This document shows, one piece after another, positions 1 through 9,200 of a stretch of 50,180 nucleotides of DNA. A program made the position numbers and the translations under genes. Position 1 is the first letter of the stretch. Every line of letters begins with the position of its first letter. The notes under the pieces were generated by a model that saw nothing but the letters and a program-made list of their open reading frames with translations, did not search any database and was not told where the DNA came from. This DNA comes from Verrucomicrobiales bacterium (GTDB lineage: Bacteria; Verrucomicrobiota; Verrucomicrobiia; Limisphaerales; JAQGOV01): positions 1-50,180 of the forward strand of contig JAQGOV010000298.1 in NCBI GenBank assembly GCA_028293425.1, read 5' to 3'.

Positions 1-354
1 GAAATCAAGATGCCGAACGGCGTGGCCGGTATTCGCGGCACTCGTTTCCGTGCCAGTTCTACCATGTTTATCGTGTTGCTGGATGGTACTTTCGTGTTGG
101 TCTATGTCCCACCCGGAGGCAATCCTATCCCCTACACTTTGGTAGCTCCGCCGGCCGTGTATTTTTCTCCCATCGAAGGCATCAAGCCTGCTCCAGAAGA
201 CTTAATACGTGAAGTCAGTGGTCAATTTGGTCGTCCGTTTACTCCTCCGGGGCCTCCCGGCGGTGTTCCTTTCCGTGACCCGTTTGTCTCTCCGGGCGCT
301 GGCAAGCCTGCCAACCCGGGTGCCGGCAACCCTGGCAACGGCGGCCCCTTCTAA
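1..354 (+). CDS. FecR-domain protein, C-terminal part (5' truncated by window), Pro/Gly-rich tail
   Basis: Open frame from base 1: EIKMPNGVAGIRGTRF matches the FecR 'TP-x-(A/G)-x-x-G-(I/V)-R-G-T' motif. Lies upstream of a CHASE2 cyclase. Confidence 0.7.
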   Translation, partial: EIKMPNGVAGIRGTRFRASSTMFIVLLDGTFVLVYVPPGGNPIPYTLVAPPAVYFSPIEGIKPAPEDLIREVSGQFGRPFTPPGPPGGVPFRDPFVSPGAGKPANPGAGNPGNGGPF

Positions 355-379
355 GCACTATTTGAGTTTGAAACAATCG

Positions 380-411
380 CGCCCAGGGCAAAGATTTGCT
401 CTGGGCGTTTT
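380..411 (+). terminator. Intrinsic terminator-like hairpin
   Basis: cgcccagggcaa-agat-ttgctctgggcg followed by TTTT. Confidence 0.7.
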
Positions 412-426
412 GCTTTTCTTCACCCT

Positions 427-2781
427 GTGCAATTAAAACCCGGCAAATTCTTTCCCCTGCTTGTCTGCGGACTCGCCATCGGCATGGTTTGCCTGGTTCA
501 GGAGCTGACCCGGCATTTTGCCTCCTTCAATTTTTTCCAACGGTTGGAATGGATGACTTATGATTGGCGGGTCCGTGAAGCCCAAAAGTACCCAGCCACC
601 AACGCTCAGAATCTTGGAATAGCCTTTGTCAGCGATGAAACCATCGCCGCATTGATTGAAGGCAAAGTAGCCGGCCAGCCTTTAGACTACCGCGCGGGCC
701 TTTACTGGCCGCGTCATGTTTATGGACGGCTCGTCCAGGAGTTAAACGCGCAGCATGCCAAAGCCATCGCTTTTGACGTGCTCTTTGGAGAATTACGCCC
801 AGACCATCCAAACGTCCTCCTGCCTGACCTCAACGAAGAGTCCTCCGACCATTTCCTCGCCCGTTCTATGCAAGAGGCCGGAAACGTGGCCCTCGGCTCC
901 AAAAAGGGCGTTTTGCCGCCGGTTCTTTTTCGGACCAATGCGTGGAAGCTGGGCGATATCGGAGTCAAACGCGACACCGATGGCATTCTGCGCAGGGCCA
1001 AGGCGTACGACGAATATTACATTTGGCATCCTCTCATCCAGAACGCAGGCCAGCTTTGGGATTTGGATTTAAAGCAGCCGAAGATTGAGGAGCACCGAAT
1101 CCTTTTCGCATCCGGGGACAAGAAACGTAAGTCGATTCCGCTCGATTCTGATGGCAACTTCGACCAGGTGGAACTCTACAAAAAGCTCACTCAACAGGAC
1201 CCGCCCGCCAAGGTGCGGCCAATCCAAAAACCCTACACGCTCGTGCGCGCCTGGAACCTGGGAATTGTCATGGCCGCCCGGGAACTCGGGCTGGACCTGG
1301 ATGCGGCGCAGATTCAGAAAAGGCATATCATTCTTCGTGGCCTCAACGGGGTCGAACGCGTCATTCCGATCGATGCAGAAAATCGATTCTACATCGACTG
1401 GAACTTCACTCCCTTCGATCCACGGATAACCAGGGAATCGATCGAATATCTCCTCCTTCAGGAACACGACCGGCGCATCGGCAAAATCGAGGGCCTTACC
1501 AACCGCTGGGAGAACAAGCTGGTGCTGGTGGGCTCCACCGCTTCCGGCAATGACCTGACCGATTTAGGTGCCACGCCGTTGGAGAAGGAGACCTATCTTA
1601 CGGCAGGTATTCTCAATACCGCGAACTCACTCATTGTGGGCCGGTTCATCCAGCGGCCCTCTCATGGCATGGAGCTTTTGCTCATTATTATCATGGGTCT
1701 TGTGACGTGGCCGCTCACTTGGAACTTTCGCGCCATGTGGGCCACTTTCGGCATGCTGGTGCTGGCCGGGGTTTACTTTTATCTTGGCCATTATTTCTTC
1801 GTCACCGAGAGGTTGTGGATGCCCATGGTCATGCCGATTACCTCTCTGTTGTGTTCTCACATCAGTTTGCTCACCTATGAAGCTTTCTTCGAGCAAAAGG
1901 AAAAGCGCCGGATCAAAACCGTGTTCGCCAAAATCGTTTCCCCGGGCGTCGTTCACGAATTGTTGACCGCTCCCAAGCTATCCCTCGCTGGAACGCGGCG
2001 CGAAGTGACGGTGTTCTTCGCCGACATCAGGGGATTTACCGAACTGACCGACCTCAGCCAGGCAAATGCGGAGAAATATGTTCGTGAACACCAGCTCGCG
2101 GGAGCGGAAGCGGAGAAATATTTCAACGCCCGTTCCCAGGAACTCCTGCAAACGATTAATCTCTATTTGGGTCTGATTGCTGAGACTATCAAAAAGCATG
2201 ATGGCACGCTCGATAAATACATGGGCGATTGTGTGATGGCTTTTTGGGGCGCGCCCGCGCCCCTGCAGGAGCATGCGGTTTGTTGCGTCCGTGCCGCTGT
2301 TGAAGCCCAACGCGCTATCTACAGGTTGAACTTGGAAAGGGCGGAGGAAAACAAGCGGTTGGAACAGGAAAATGCAATTCGTCTCTCCCGCGGCGAAAAA
2401 ACGTTTCCGCTCTTGAAGTTGCTCTCTCTCGGGACCGGTATCAACACGGGCGTCGTCACGGTTGGGTTGATGGGTTCAGATGCGCATATTGTGAACTACA
2501 CTGTTCTCGGGCGCGAAGTGAATTTGGCCAGCAGACTTGAAAAGCTCTCCGGCCGTGGCCGAATTCTCATCGGCGAAATGACCTACCAAATGCTGCTCAA
2601 AGGCGACCCAGCGCTGGCAGCCTGTTGTGTGGAGCAGCCGGCGACCAGTCTGCAGGGATTCAGCGCCGCGCTTAAGATTTACGAAGTCCCCTGGAAGGAA
2701 CCGAAAGCGTCCCCCGCGGAAGGTGCGACTGGCCTCATCAAAGTAGATTCGAAAGCCCCCGCCGTCGCTGGTTCCACTTAG
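427..2781 (+). CDS. CHASE2-domain class III adenylate cyclase (membrane-bound)
   Basis: N-terminal TM. CHASE2 motifs (YDWR, WPRHVY, IAFDVLF, DTDGILRR, KLVLVG…DLGATP). Three TMs. Cyclase motifs FFADIRGFT, LDKYMGDCVMAFWGAP, YTVLGREVNLASRLE; Lys/Thr specificity residues imply ATP use. GTG start. Confidence 0.92.
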   Translation: MQLKPGKFFPLLVCGLAIGMVCLVQELTRHFASFNFFQRLEWMTYDWRVREAQKYPATNAQNLGIAFVSDETIAALIEGKVAGQPLDYRAGLYWPRHVYGRLVQELNAQHAKAIAFDVLFGELRPDHPNVLLPDLNEESSDHFLARSMQEAGNVALGSKKGVLPPVLFRTNAWKLGDIGVKRDTDGILRRAKAYDEYYIWHPLIQNAGQLWDLDLKQPKIEEHRILFASGDKKRKSIPLDSDGNFDQVELYKKLTQQDPPAKVRPIQKPYTLVRAWNLGIVMAARELGLDLDAAQIQKRHIILRGLNGVERVIPIDAENRFYIDWNFTPFDPRITRESIEYLLLQEHDRRIGKIEGLTNRWENKLVLVGSTASGNDLTDLGATPLEKETYLTAGILNTANSLIVGRFIQRPSHGMELLLIIIMGLVTWPLTWNFRAMWATFGMLVLAGVYFYLGHYFFVTERLWMPMVMPITSLLCSHISLLTYEAFFEQKEKRRIKTVFAKIVSPGVVHELLTAPKLSLAGTRREVTVFFADIRGFTELTDLSQANAEKYVREHQLAGAEAEKYFNARSQELLQTINLYLGLIAETIKKHDGTLDKYMGDCVMAFWGAPAPLQEHAVCCVRAAVEAQRAIYRLNLERAEENKRLEQENAIRLSRGEKTFPLLKLLSLGTGINTGVVTVGLMGSDAHIVNYTVLGREVNLASRLEKLSGRGRILIGEMTYQMLLKGDPALAACCVEQPATSLQGFSAALKIYEVPWKEPKASPAEGATGLIKVDSKAPAVAGST

Positions 2782-3290
2782 TTCAGCACATTCCCGCCGC
2801 CTGGCCCCGCTTTCTTCTCCCGTTGCTCAGCAAAGAAGGTTCGCAACAAAGACCGGCATTCCTCTTCCCTCACACCCTGGGTGATTTCACAGCGATGATT
2901 GAGGGTCGGCCATTGCAGCAGATTGAGTGCGCCACCCGCAGCCCCGCCCTTCAGGTCGCTCGCCCCAAATACCACCCTTTGCATGCGCACATGCACCAGC
3001 GCGCCCGCGCACATCGGGCAAGGCTCCTTCGTGACGTACAGCGTGCACTCGTTCAAACGCCAATCGCCCACCACTTCTTCTGCCTGCGTCACCGCCAGCA
3101 TCTCCGCATGCGCGGTCGCATCATGGAGCAATTCCACCTGGTTATAGGCGCGCGCGATAATTCTTCCCGCTCTTACCACCACTGCCCCTACGGGAACCTC
3201 TTCCCGTTCATAAGCCTTGGCCGCCTGGCGAAGCGCTTCGCCCATAAAGTATTGGTCGCTTTGCAGATCGATAATTGGTTCTTCAGGCAT
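2778..3290 (-). CDS. tadA: tRNA adenosine(34) deaminase
   Basis: EVPVGAVVV, HAE, TLYVTKEPCPMCAGA motifs. Confidence 0.93.
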   Translation of the reverse strand: MPEEPIIDLQSDQYFMGEALRQAAKAYEREEVPVGAVVVRAGRIIARAYNQVELLHDATAHAEMLAVTQAEEVVGDWRLNECTLYVTKEPCPMCAGALVHVRMQRVVFGASDLKGGAAGGALNLLQWPTLNHRCEITQGVREEECRSLLRTFFAEQREKKAGPGGGNVLN

Positions 3291-3296
3291 ATGGCT

Positions 3297-3803
3297 CTAC
3301 TTGAGTTCAGGTAAAATCGATTCTTCCAAGGTCCAGCTATGGCCCTGATCAGGATGACATCGGCAATGCGCCGCAAAGAAACCTCCACGATGTTGCCAGA
3401 ACAACGGCCAAATCTGTTCCCGATCCGTGCTCGGCAGGGCCAGCTTTGAAAGCCCCTCCCGTTTAAAAAAGGCGAACTCTCCTTCTCGGTGAGCCGGCGG
3501 CGTATGCGTCAATCGTCGCTTTACTTCAAACAGGAACATCAGCCAATGCGCCTGGCCCTCATACCCATGTTCGCTGATGATCCCCGCCAGGTGAAGGTCC
3601 TTAGGCGCCAGCTTCAACCCCATCTCTTCCTCACCCTCTCGGCAGGCGCAAGCGTAAGGTGATTCACCAATCTCCGTGTGCAGTTTTCCTCCGCAAGGAC
3701 TCCACAAACTTAAATTCGGCTCCTTCGCCCGGTGCAGCAGCAAAACTTCGTCCTGCTCATTAAAGCAGTAAAGTAGAGTCGAAATTTTATACGGCATCGC
3801 CAT
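3297..3803 (-). CDS. NUDIX hydrolase (8-oxo-dGTPase-like)
   Basis: Nudix box GGK…GESPYACACREGEEEMGL. Start re-set to ATG 3803 (or 3797) rather than the ORF-track start 3956. Confidence 0.85.
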   Translation of the reverse strand: MAMPYKISTLLYCFNEQDEVLLLHRAKEPNLSLWSPCGGKLHTEIGESPYACACREGEEEMGLKLAPKDLHLAGIISEHGYEGQAHWLMFLFEVKRRLTHTPPAHREGEFAFFKREGLSKLALPSTDREQIWPLFWQHRGGFFAAHCRCHPDQGHSWTLEESILPELK

Positions 3804-4046
3804 CAGAACCAGTGAAGCAGGCTTCACAAAGTTCCACAAGGCTCCCCAAGCTTCGAGAAAACGCATGGCAGGTAAGGGTCGAGATAAAGCGGACCTATAT
3901 AGATCCTCCGTTACACACGGTGAATCCTTTGAGCTTGCGAATGGGTGACCCGTCACAAAGCTGTCACAAGCCGGATCGGGAGGCGTTGTCTATTTGCTTT
4001 AGCCCGATCACGGATGCCTGTTCCTGTGAACCGCAAAACACCGCCG

Positions 4047-5675
4047 CTAGGGCGCACAGACTTTTTGCACGCGAAAGAAGCGGTAGGGGAAAGTGGGCGG
4101 GATGGCACTTTGATATTCAAAAGACCCAGTGTTACCTGCGACCCGCGTGGCGAAGGTGGTCCAGGCGCTTGCAGGTAAGGAAGGGGTGGCTTGAATTGCG
4201 TAGGTTCCGTTGGAACAGCCACTCATTTTGAGCTGGATCATGTTTCCTGGCACAAGCGAGATGGAATCGAGGGTAGGCAGGCAAGGATCCCCAATCTCGA
4301 CTGCGCCTAGGTCAGAAATGGGCACACAATCGTTGTTGGCATCCCTTGGCCGGGAAAAGCCTCGTTGGTCCACGGAAGGAAAGCTGGTGGGCGAACCGGC
4401 ATCCAGAGCGGGACTGGTCGGGAGCAAGGCGTGGGTCAGGGTAGGGCCACCGTTGTTTTGGAGTGGTTCCAAGCGAGCGTCCAGATTCAAAAGGAGCCCG
4501 GTGGTGTCGCCAGAGATGTTGCAGCCAGACGGGTCCTGGATCAAATTGTAGCCTTCTGAGATCAAAGTGCCGCTGCAGTCGGGGCCGTTCGGCGCGGAAT
4601 TTCCCGCTATGATAGTGTTGTGACATCGCACCTCGCCTGCGGAAATGAAGAGGCCTCCACCTTGGTTGGAAGGCTCGGACAGGTCGCATCGATTGGAGGT
4701 AATCGTGCAGCTTTTGATAAGAGTCAATGCAGCCCGGGTCCAAATACCGCCACCTGAATTGTCAAAGATGCTGTTGCCGGTGACCGTGCAATTGCTCAGA
4801 AGGAGAAACGTGCCGTCTGCGCCAATCCCTGCCCCGAGGCCATGGAAAGTACTGTTGCGAACAATGCAGCTACCAATAATCGTCGTGGTTCCGGAACAGG
4901 AAATTCCGGCCGAACCGTTATCCACTACATTCGAAGAGATGGTGCAATCACGTATCAGGGTGGTTCCTTCAGCATAAATGCCTGCTCCGTCGGTGCCAAA
5001 GTTCCCCACAATGACGCTGCGGTTGACCGTCAAGCTGGCCGTGGTGCCCAAACTGGCAATCGCTCCGCCGAACAGGAACGGGGACCCGTTTCCGTAAAAC
5101 GTGCAGTCGTTGACGGTGAGCGAGCCGCTGTTCGCGATACCGCCTCCAAGCCCCTCCCGATTATTACTTTTGGCCACTACGCAGCGGTTGAGGGTGAGTG
5201 AGCCAAAGTTCCGGATGGCTCCGCCGGCGACATTGGTTTGGAGAAAATGGCTGAAGCCATTTGTCAGGGTCAGGTCGTTGATGGTGGCCGTCACACCCGG
5301 CGGAACGGAGAAGATAGGGGTCTTGCTTTGACCATCCAGGGAGAGGTGGTTGGTTCCGGGACCCGTGATGGTCAGGCTCTTGGGGATCTCCAGCAATCCC
5401 GTAGTCAAAAGCAGGGTACCTTGAGCAGTTACCTGGATGGTGTCCCACGCCGCAGAGCTATTCAAAGCCTCTCGCAAGGAACCGGGACCACTGTCCGCGA
5501 GGCTATTCACGGTCACCGTTGCCGCAGGCAGGGATGTTACCAAGAGCAGGCAGTTAAAGCCGGTCATCAGCCGAAGTGCTCGCGACCACCTTTGGGCTGC
5601 CCTGAACGCAGACGGGAGCTTGAGTGAAGTTTTCAGGGGTGCAGCGATAAACGACGATTCGTGTTTTTCGGGCAT
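4047..5675 (-). CDS. Secreted beta-helix (polymorphic-OMP-like GGAI/GGGI repeats) protein with choice-of-anchor-Q-like domain
   Basis: TVNSLADSGPGSLREAL N-motif, GGAI/GGGI repeats, LQNNGGPTLTHALLPTSPALDAG…DQRGFSRP…DLGAVE. True start may be downstream (MTGFNCLLLV signal peptide). Confidence 0.85.
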   Translation of the reverse strand: MPEKHESSFIAAPLKTSLKLPSAFRAAQRWSRALRLMTGFNCLLLVTSLPAATVTVNSLADSGPGSLREALNSSAAWDTIQVTAQGTLLLTTGLLEIPKSLTITGPGTNHLSLDGQSKTPIFSVPPGVTATINDLTLTNGFSHFLQTNVAGGAIRNFGSLTLNRCVVAKSNNREGLGGGIANSGSLTVNDCTFYGNGSPFLFGGAIASLGTTASLTVNRSVIVGNFGTDGAGIYAEGTTLIRDCTISSNVVDNGSAGISCSGTTTIIGSCIVRNSTFHGLGAGIGADGTFLLLSNCTVTGNSIFDNSGGGIWTRAALTLIKSCTITSNRCDLSEPSNQGGGLFISAGEVRCHNTIIAGNSAPNGPDCSGTLISEGYNLIQDPSGCNISGDTTGLLLNLDARLEPLQNNGGPTLTHALLPTSPALDAGSPTSFPSVDQRGFSRPRDANNDCVPISDLGAVEIGDPCLPTLDSISLVPGNMIQLKMSGCSNGTYAIQATPSLPASAWTTFATRVAGNTGSFEYQSAIPPTFPYRFFRVQKVCAP

Positions 5676-5870
5676 ATTTCCTCTCCTTATAGTTGACTTC
5701 CAGCCTCCTGAGCCAAGCGCAGACTTTGCCTCAGAAACAACACGGCTGAGGAGTGGAGCTTAGGGCTAAGCTTTCTCGGCGACCATAGGGTAATGACCGC
5801 GACGGGGCATGGATTGCCCGACACTCGTAGTCTATCGACCCACCCGCTTTGTTCCCTCGGTTACCTTCTG

Positions 5871-6151
5871 GTGCGTCAAGCAAGCTTGGTGGTCTTAGTG
5901 AAGGTAAAGTGTTCATAGTGGTAAAAGGCCAAAGTCCATGGTGCCAACTCAGCGGCGGCTGGAAAGCACCGACCGATGAAAGCTCCTATCACTACTTTGC
6001 CCGATTGGGACTGGTCACATTGTGAAAGCTCTTGACCCAGGACTTTGGCGAGAGCCGGATGCGGGAAATCCGCTCGTACGGTTCGAAGAGGGGGAGGGCA
6101 GCGCCGGTGCAAAGCCCATCGCCTTTCGCAGGTGCTTCCTCTCTACTCTAC
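5871..6151 (+). mobile_element. Internally deleted (ORF-less) group II intron remnant
   Basis: 5' GTGCG at 5871. Domain V GAGCCGGATGCGGGAAATCCGCTCGTACGGTTC (6052-6084, AGC triad). Domain VI stem with bulged A6145 and 3' end CTCTAC at 6151. Maturase-like C-terminal stub …YHYFARLGLVTL* ending 6025. Confidence 0.85.
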
Positions 6152-6275
6152 TTGAAAACCCCGGCAGCCACCTTTCCTGTTGTGGACTTCTTGCGCCTCC
6201 TCTTTCCTTCCTGATCGGCGACTGAGGTTCCGGCTTTGAAATCGTCGCCTGCTTCCCCTAATATGTCCTCATTCC

Positions 6276-9200
6276 ATGATGCACATACGACATGCGCGGT
6301 CCGGGCGGTTCCCACTCATCTCCTTAATCTGCGCCCTGCTCCTGGTCAACATCACCGCGGCCCAGCTCCTGGCGGCTAACCTGGTTCCGGTCCCTGCACT
6401 CGGATTACGCGTTGCGTCGGGATTTCGTGTCACGCTCTACGCCGATTCGGACTTGGCCAATGACATCTATGCCATGACCCTCGACGCCCAAGGGAACCCG
6501 GTGGTGACGAGCGAAGGCTATGTGCGGCGGCTGCTGGACCGGAATGGCGATGGAGTCGCGGATGCTTATGAGGACATTGCAGCCACAAAGACGGGCGGCA
6601 TGGGGATGCTCTTCGATGGCAATAACCTTTATTTCACGGGCGATAAACAGCTCTCCGTTTTGGAAGACACTGAGGGTTCGGGCCGGAACTATGGCAAGCC
6701 CCGCGCGATTCTGCCGGTGAACTTTACCGAGCACGGCGGTCACGCGGTGCGGAAGGGGCCGGATGGCTGGCTTTATTTCATCGGTGGGAATGATTCCGGC
6801 TTTGGCGGCCTGCCACTTTCGGGCACCGCCTCTCCCATCAAAAAGATTGAAGCCGGGGCTCTGCTCAGGATATCTCCGGATGGAACGCAGATTGAGGCCG
6901 TGGCGCAGGGGTTTCGCAATCCTTACGACTTCGATTTTAACTGGATGGGAGACATCTTCACGTATGACAGCGACGTGGAAAGGGATTTCTTCCTGCCCTG
7001 GTATTCGCCCACTCGTGCCTATCATATCGGTTTCGGTCAGCACCATGGCTGGAGGCTGGATGGCTTCCGGCGCAGTTGGGCGCGACAGGATTATTACGCC
7101 GACACGGTGGATATCCTGGCTCCGCTCGGCCGGGGTTCGCCCACCGGGGTGGCGGTTTATCGGCATCATCAATTCCCTGCCTATTACCGGAACGGGCTAT
7201 TTGCCCTGGATTGGACCTTTGGGAAAGTGTTTTTCCTCAACCTGCAACCTTCCGGGGCCAGTTACCAATCCGCGCCTGAAGTGTTCCTTGAGCCGATTGG
7301 GACCCAGGGCTTCGCTCCGACTGATATTGCGGTGACGCCGGAAGGTTCGCTGTTGATTTCGATTGGCGGGCGCAAAACAAGGGGTGCAATTTATAAGATC
7401 GATTTTCCGGGAGGCCGGCCTGCCGAGGAAACTGCGGCCGATCAACTCCTCAATTCCCTTTCCGAGGTGCGACGCGTGCTGGAAGCTCCGCAACCATTGG
7501 AAGCGTGGTCGCGGGCTCAATGGGAACCGTTGGCCCAAAAGCTCGGCGCAGGACCTTTTGCCGAGGCGGTGCTGGACCAGGCTTTCAGCTCGTTCGCACG
7601 GGTCAGGGCTGTCGAAGTCCTAACGGAACTTTTCGGGGGTTTGAACGAGGAACTCTCGCAAACGGCGTCCCGAGTCAATCTGGGTTTCGTGCGAGCTCGA
7701 GTGGCGTGGTCACTTGGGCGTCGTCCGAATGGCAACGCCGTTTCGGTGCTGCTGGCGCTTTCGCGCGATCCCGATCTGATGGTGCGCCGCTCGGCTTTGG
7801 AGGCATTAATAGAGCAGGCTTCCAGCCTCAACAACATTGCCCTGCAGCAAGCGATCGGCCCCAACCTCGGGCTGGGGAACAAGCGCGTGCGCATGGCAGC
7901 CGCCCATTTAGCCACTTACCTCCCAGAGGTGGCGTGGAAAGCTTTGTCGGCGCAATCGGTTCGGAGCGATGCACAAACACGGCTCTCGGTCGCCCTGGTT
8001 TCGTTATGGCGAGATGACTTGAGAGCGGTCAATCCGTCCGCCATTCAAACCGCATTGGACATCCTGACCCGCGCCGCCAGCCACGACTTGCAACTCCAAG
8101 CCGTGCGCATTGTGATGCTCGGCATGGGGGACTATCATCTGCACGAGCCCTCCCTTGAAGCCTACACCGGATATGAAACCGCCTTCAGCCTGGAGACCCA
8201 ACCCGAGCTGCTGGCGAGGATTCGTAAAACCACGGGCGCTCTCCTGCCTTCCGGTGACCCTATACTGGATACAGAGATTGGCCGCTTGCTCGCGATGGTA
8301 AGCGATGATAACCCGCAAACCTCGGCCAAGGCGCTGAACATGATCACAGCTTCGACCTCGCCGACCTCGGATTTTCACTGGCTAACCGTTCTCTCGCGTT
8401 TGCAAGGTCCTGTTCCGACCAACAACGCCGCCCGGGTTGCCCAGGCCGTCTTATCTCTTGAACGGAAGCTGGCGGGGATGGAATTGCGCACCAAGCAGAA
8501 CTGGACCACACGCCTGGCCGAGATCAGCCAACGGTTGATGGAACGGGATTCAAAGGTTGCGGATGCCATGCTGCGGCATCCGGACTTTGTTTCCTCGGCA
8601 CACCTGGTGCTTGTGCCGAGCTTCAACTCAGAGCAGTACCAGGCGGCGGCACGACGGTTCGCACTGGAGGTTCGCAAAAACCCGCGATTCACCTGGACCG
8701 GTCCGTTAATCGATTTGCTCGATTCATTGCCTCCTGCCGAGGCCCGTCCCCTTTTTCGGCAGCAATGGCCCAATATCATTCTCCGCGATGAAATCCTGTT
8801 GAAGCTGGCCAAAAATCCTGAACCGCTCGATCGTGAGAAGTTGGTGCAAGGCCTCGCCTCCACTCGCATGGAAGTGGTGCGAGCCAGCATCGCCGCGCTC
8901 CGGAAGTTGCCCACTCAATCGCCGGACGGTCTGCTCCTGCCCGCTTATCGTTTGTTGCGCCGTTTGGTGAGTGAGCCCAAGGAGGCCAAAGCCCGAGAAG
9001 AATTGCTAGGCTTGCTGAGTCAGGTAACAGGGCAGAAGTGGAACATCCAGGAACCGTCAGAGAAAACACAGGCAACCTTTCAGAAGAGTTATCAGCCGCC
9101 CTTCGCTTGGTTTGCACAAAGGTATCCCTCACTGGCAAAGCAGTTGGACGAGAATACAAACGACGATGTCCGCTGGAATGCGCTCCTAAGGAACGTCGCT

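Noticed and set aside
2778-2781. Convergent genes with overlapping stop codons (also 9623-9626)
   Set aside because: Common in compact bacterial genomes
5876-6225. Short ORFs (e.g. REPDAGNPLVRFEEG; RTVRADFPHPAL)
   Set aside because: Translations of group II intron domain V/VI RNA, not proteins
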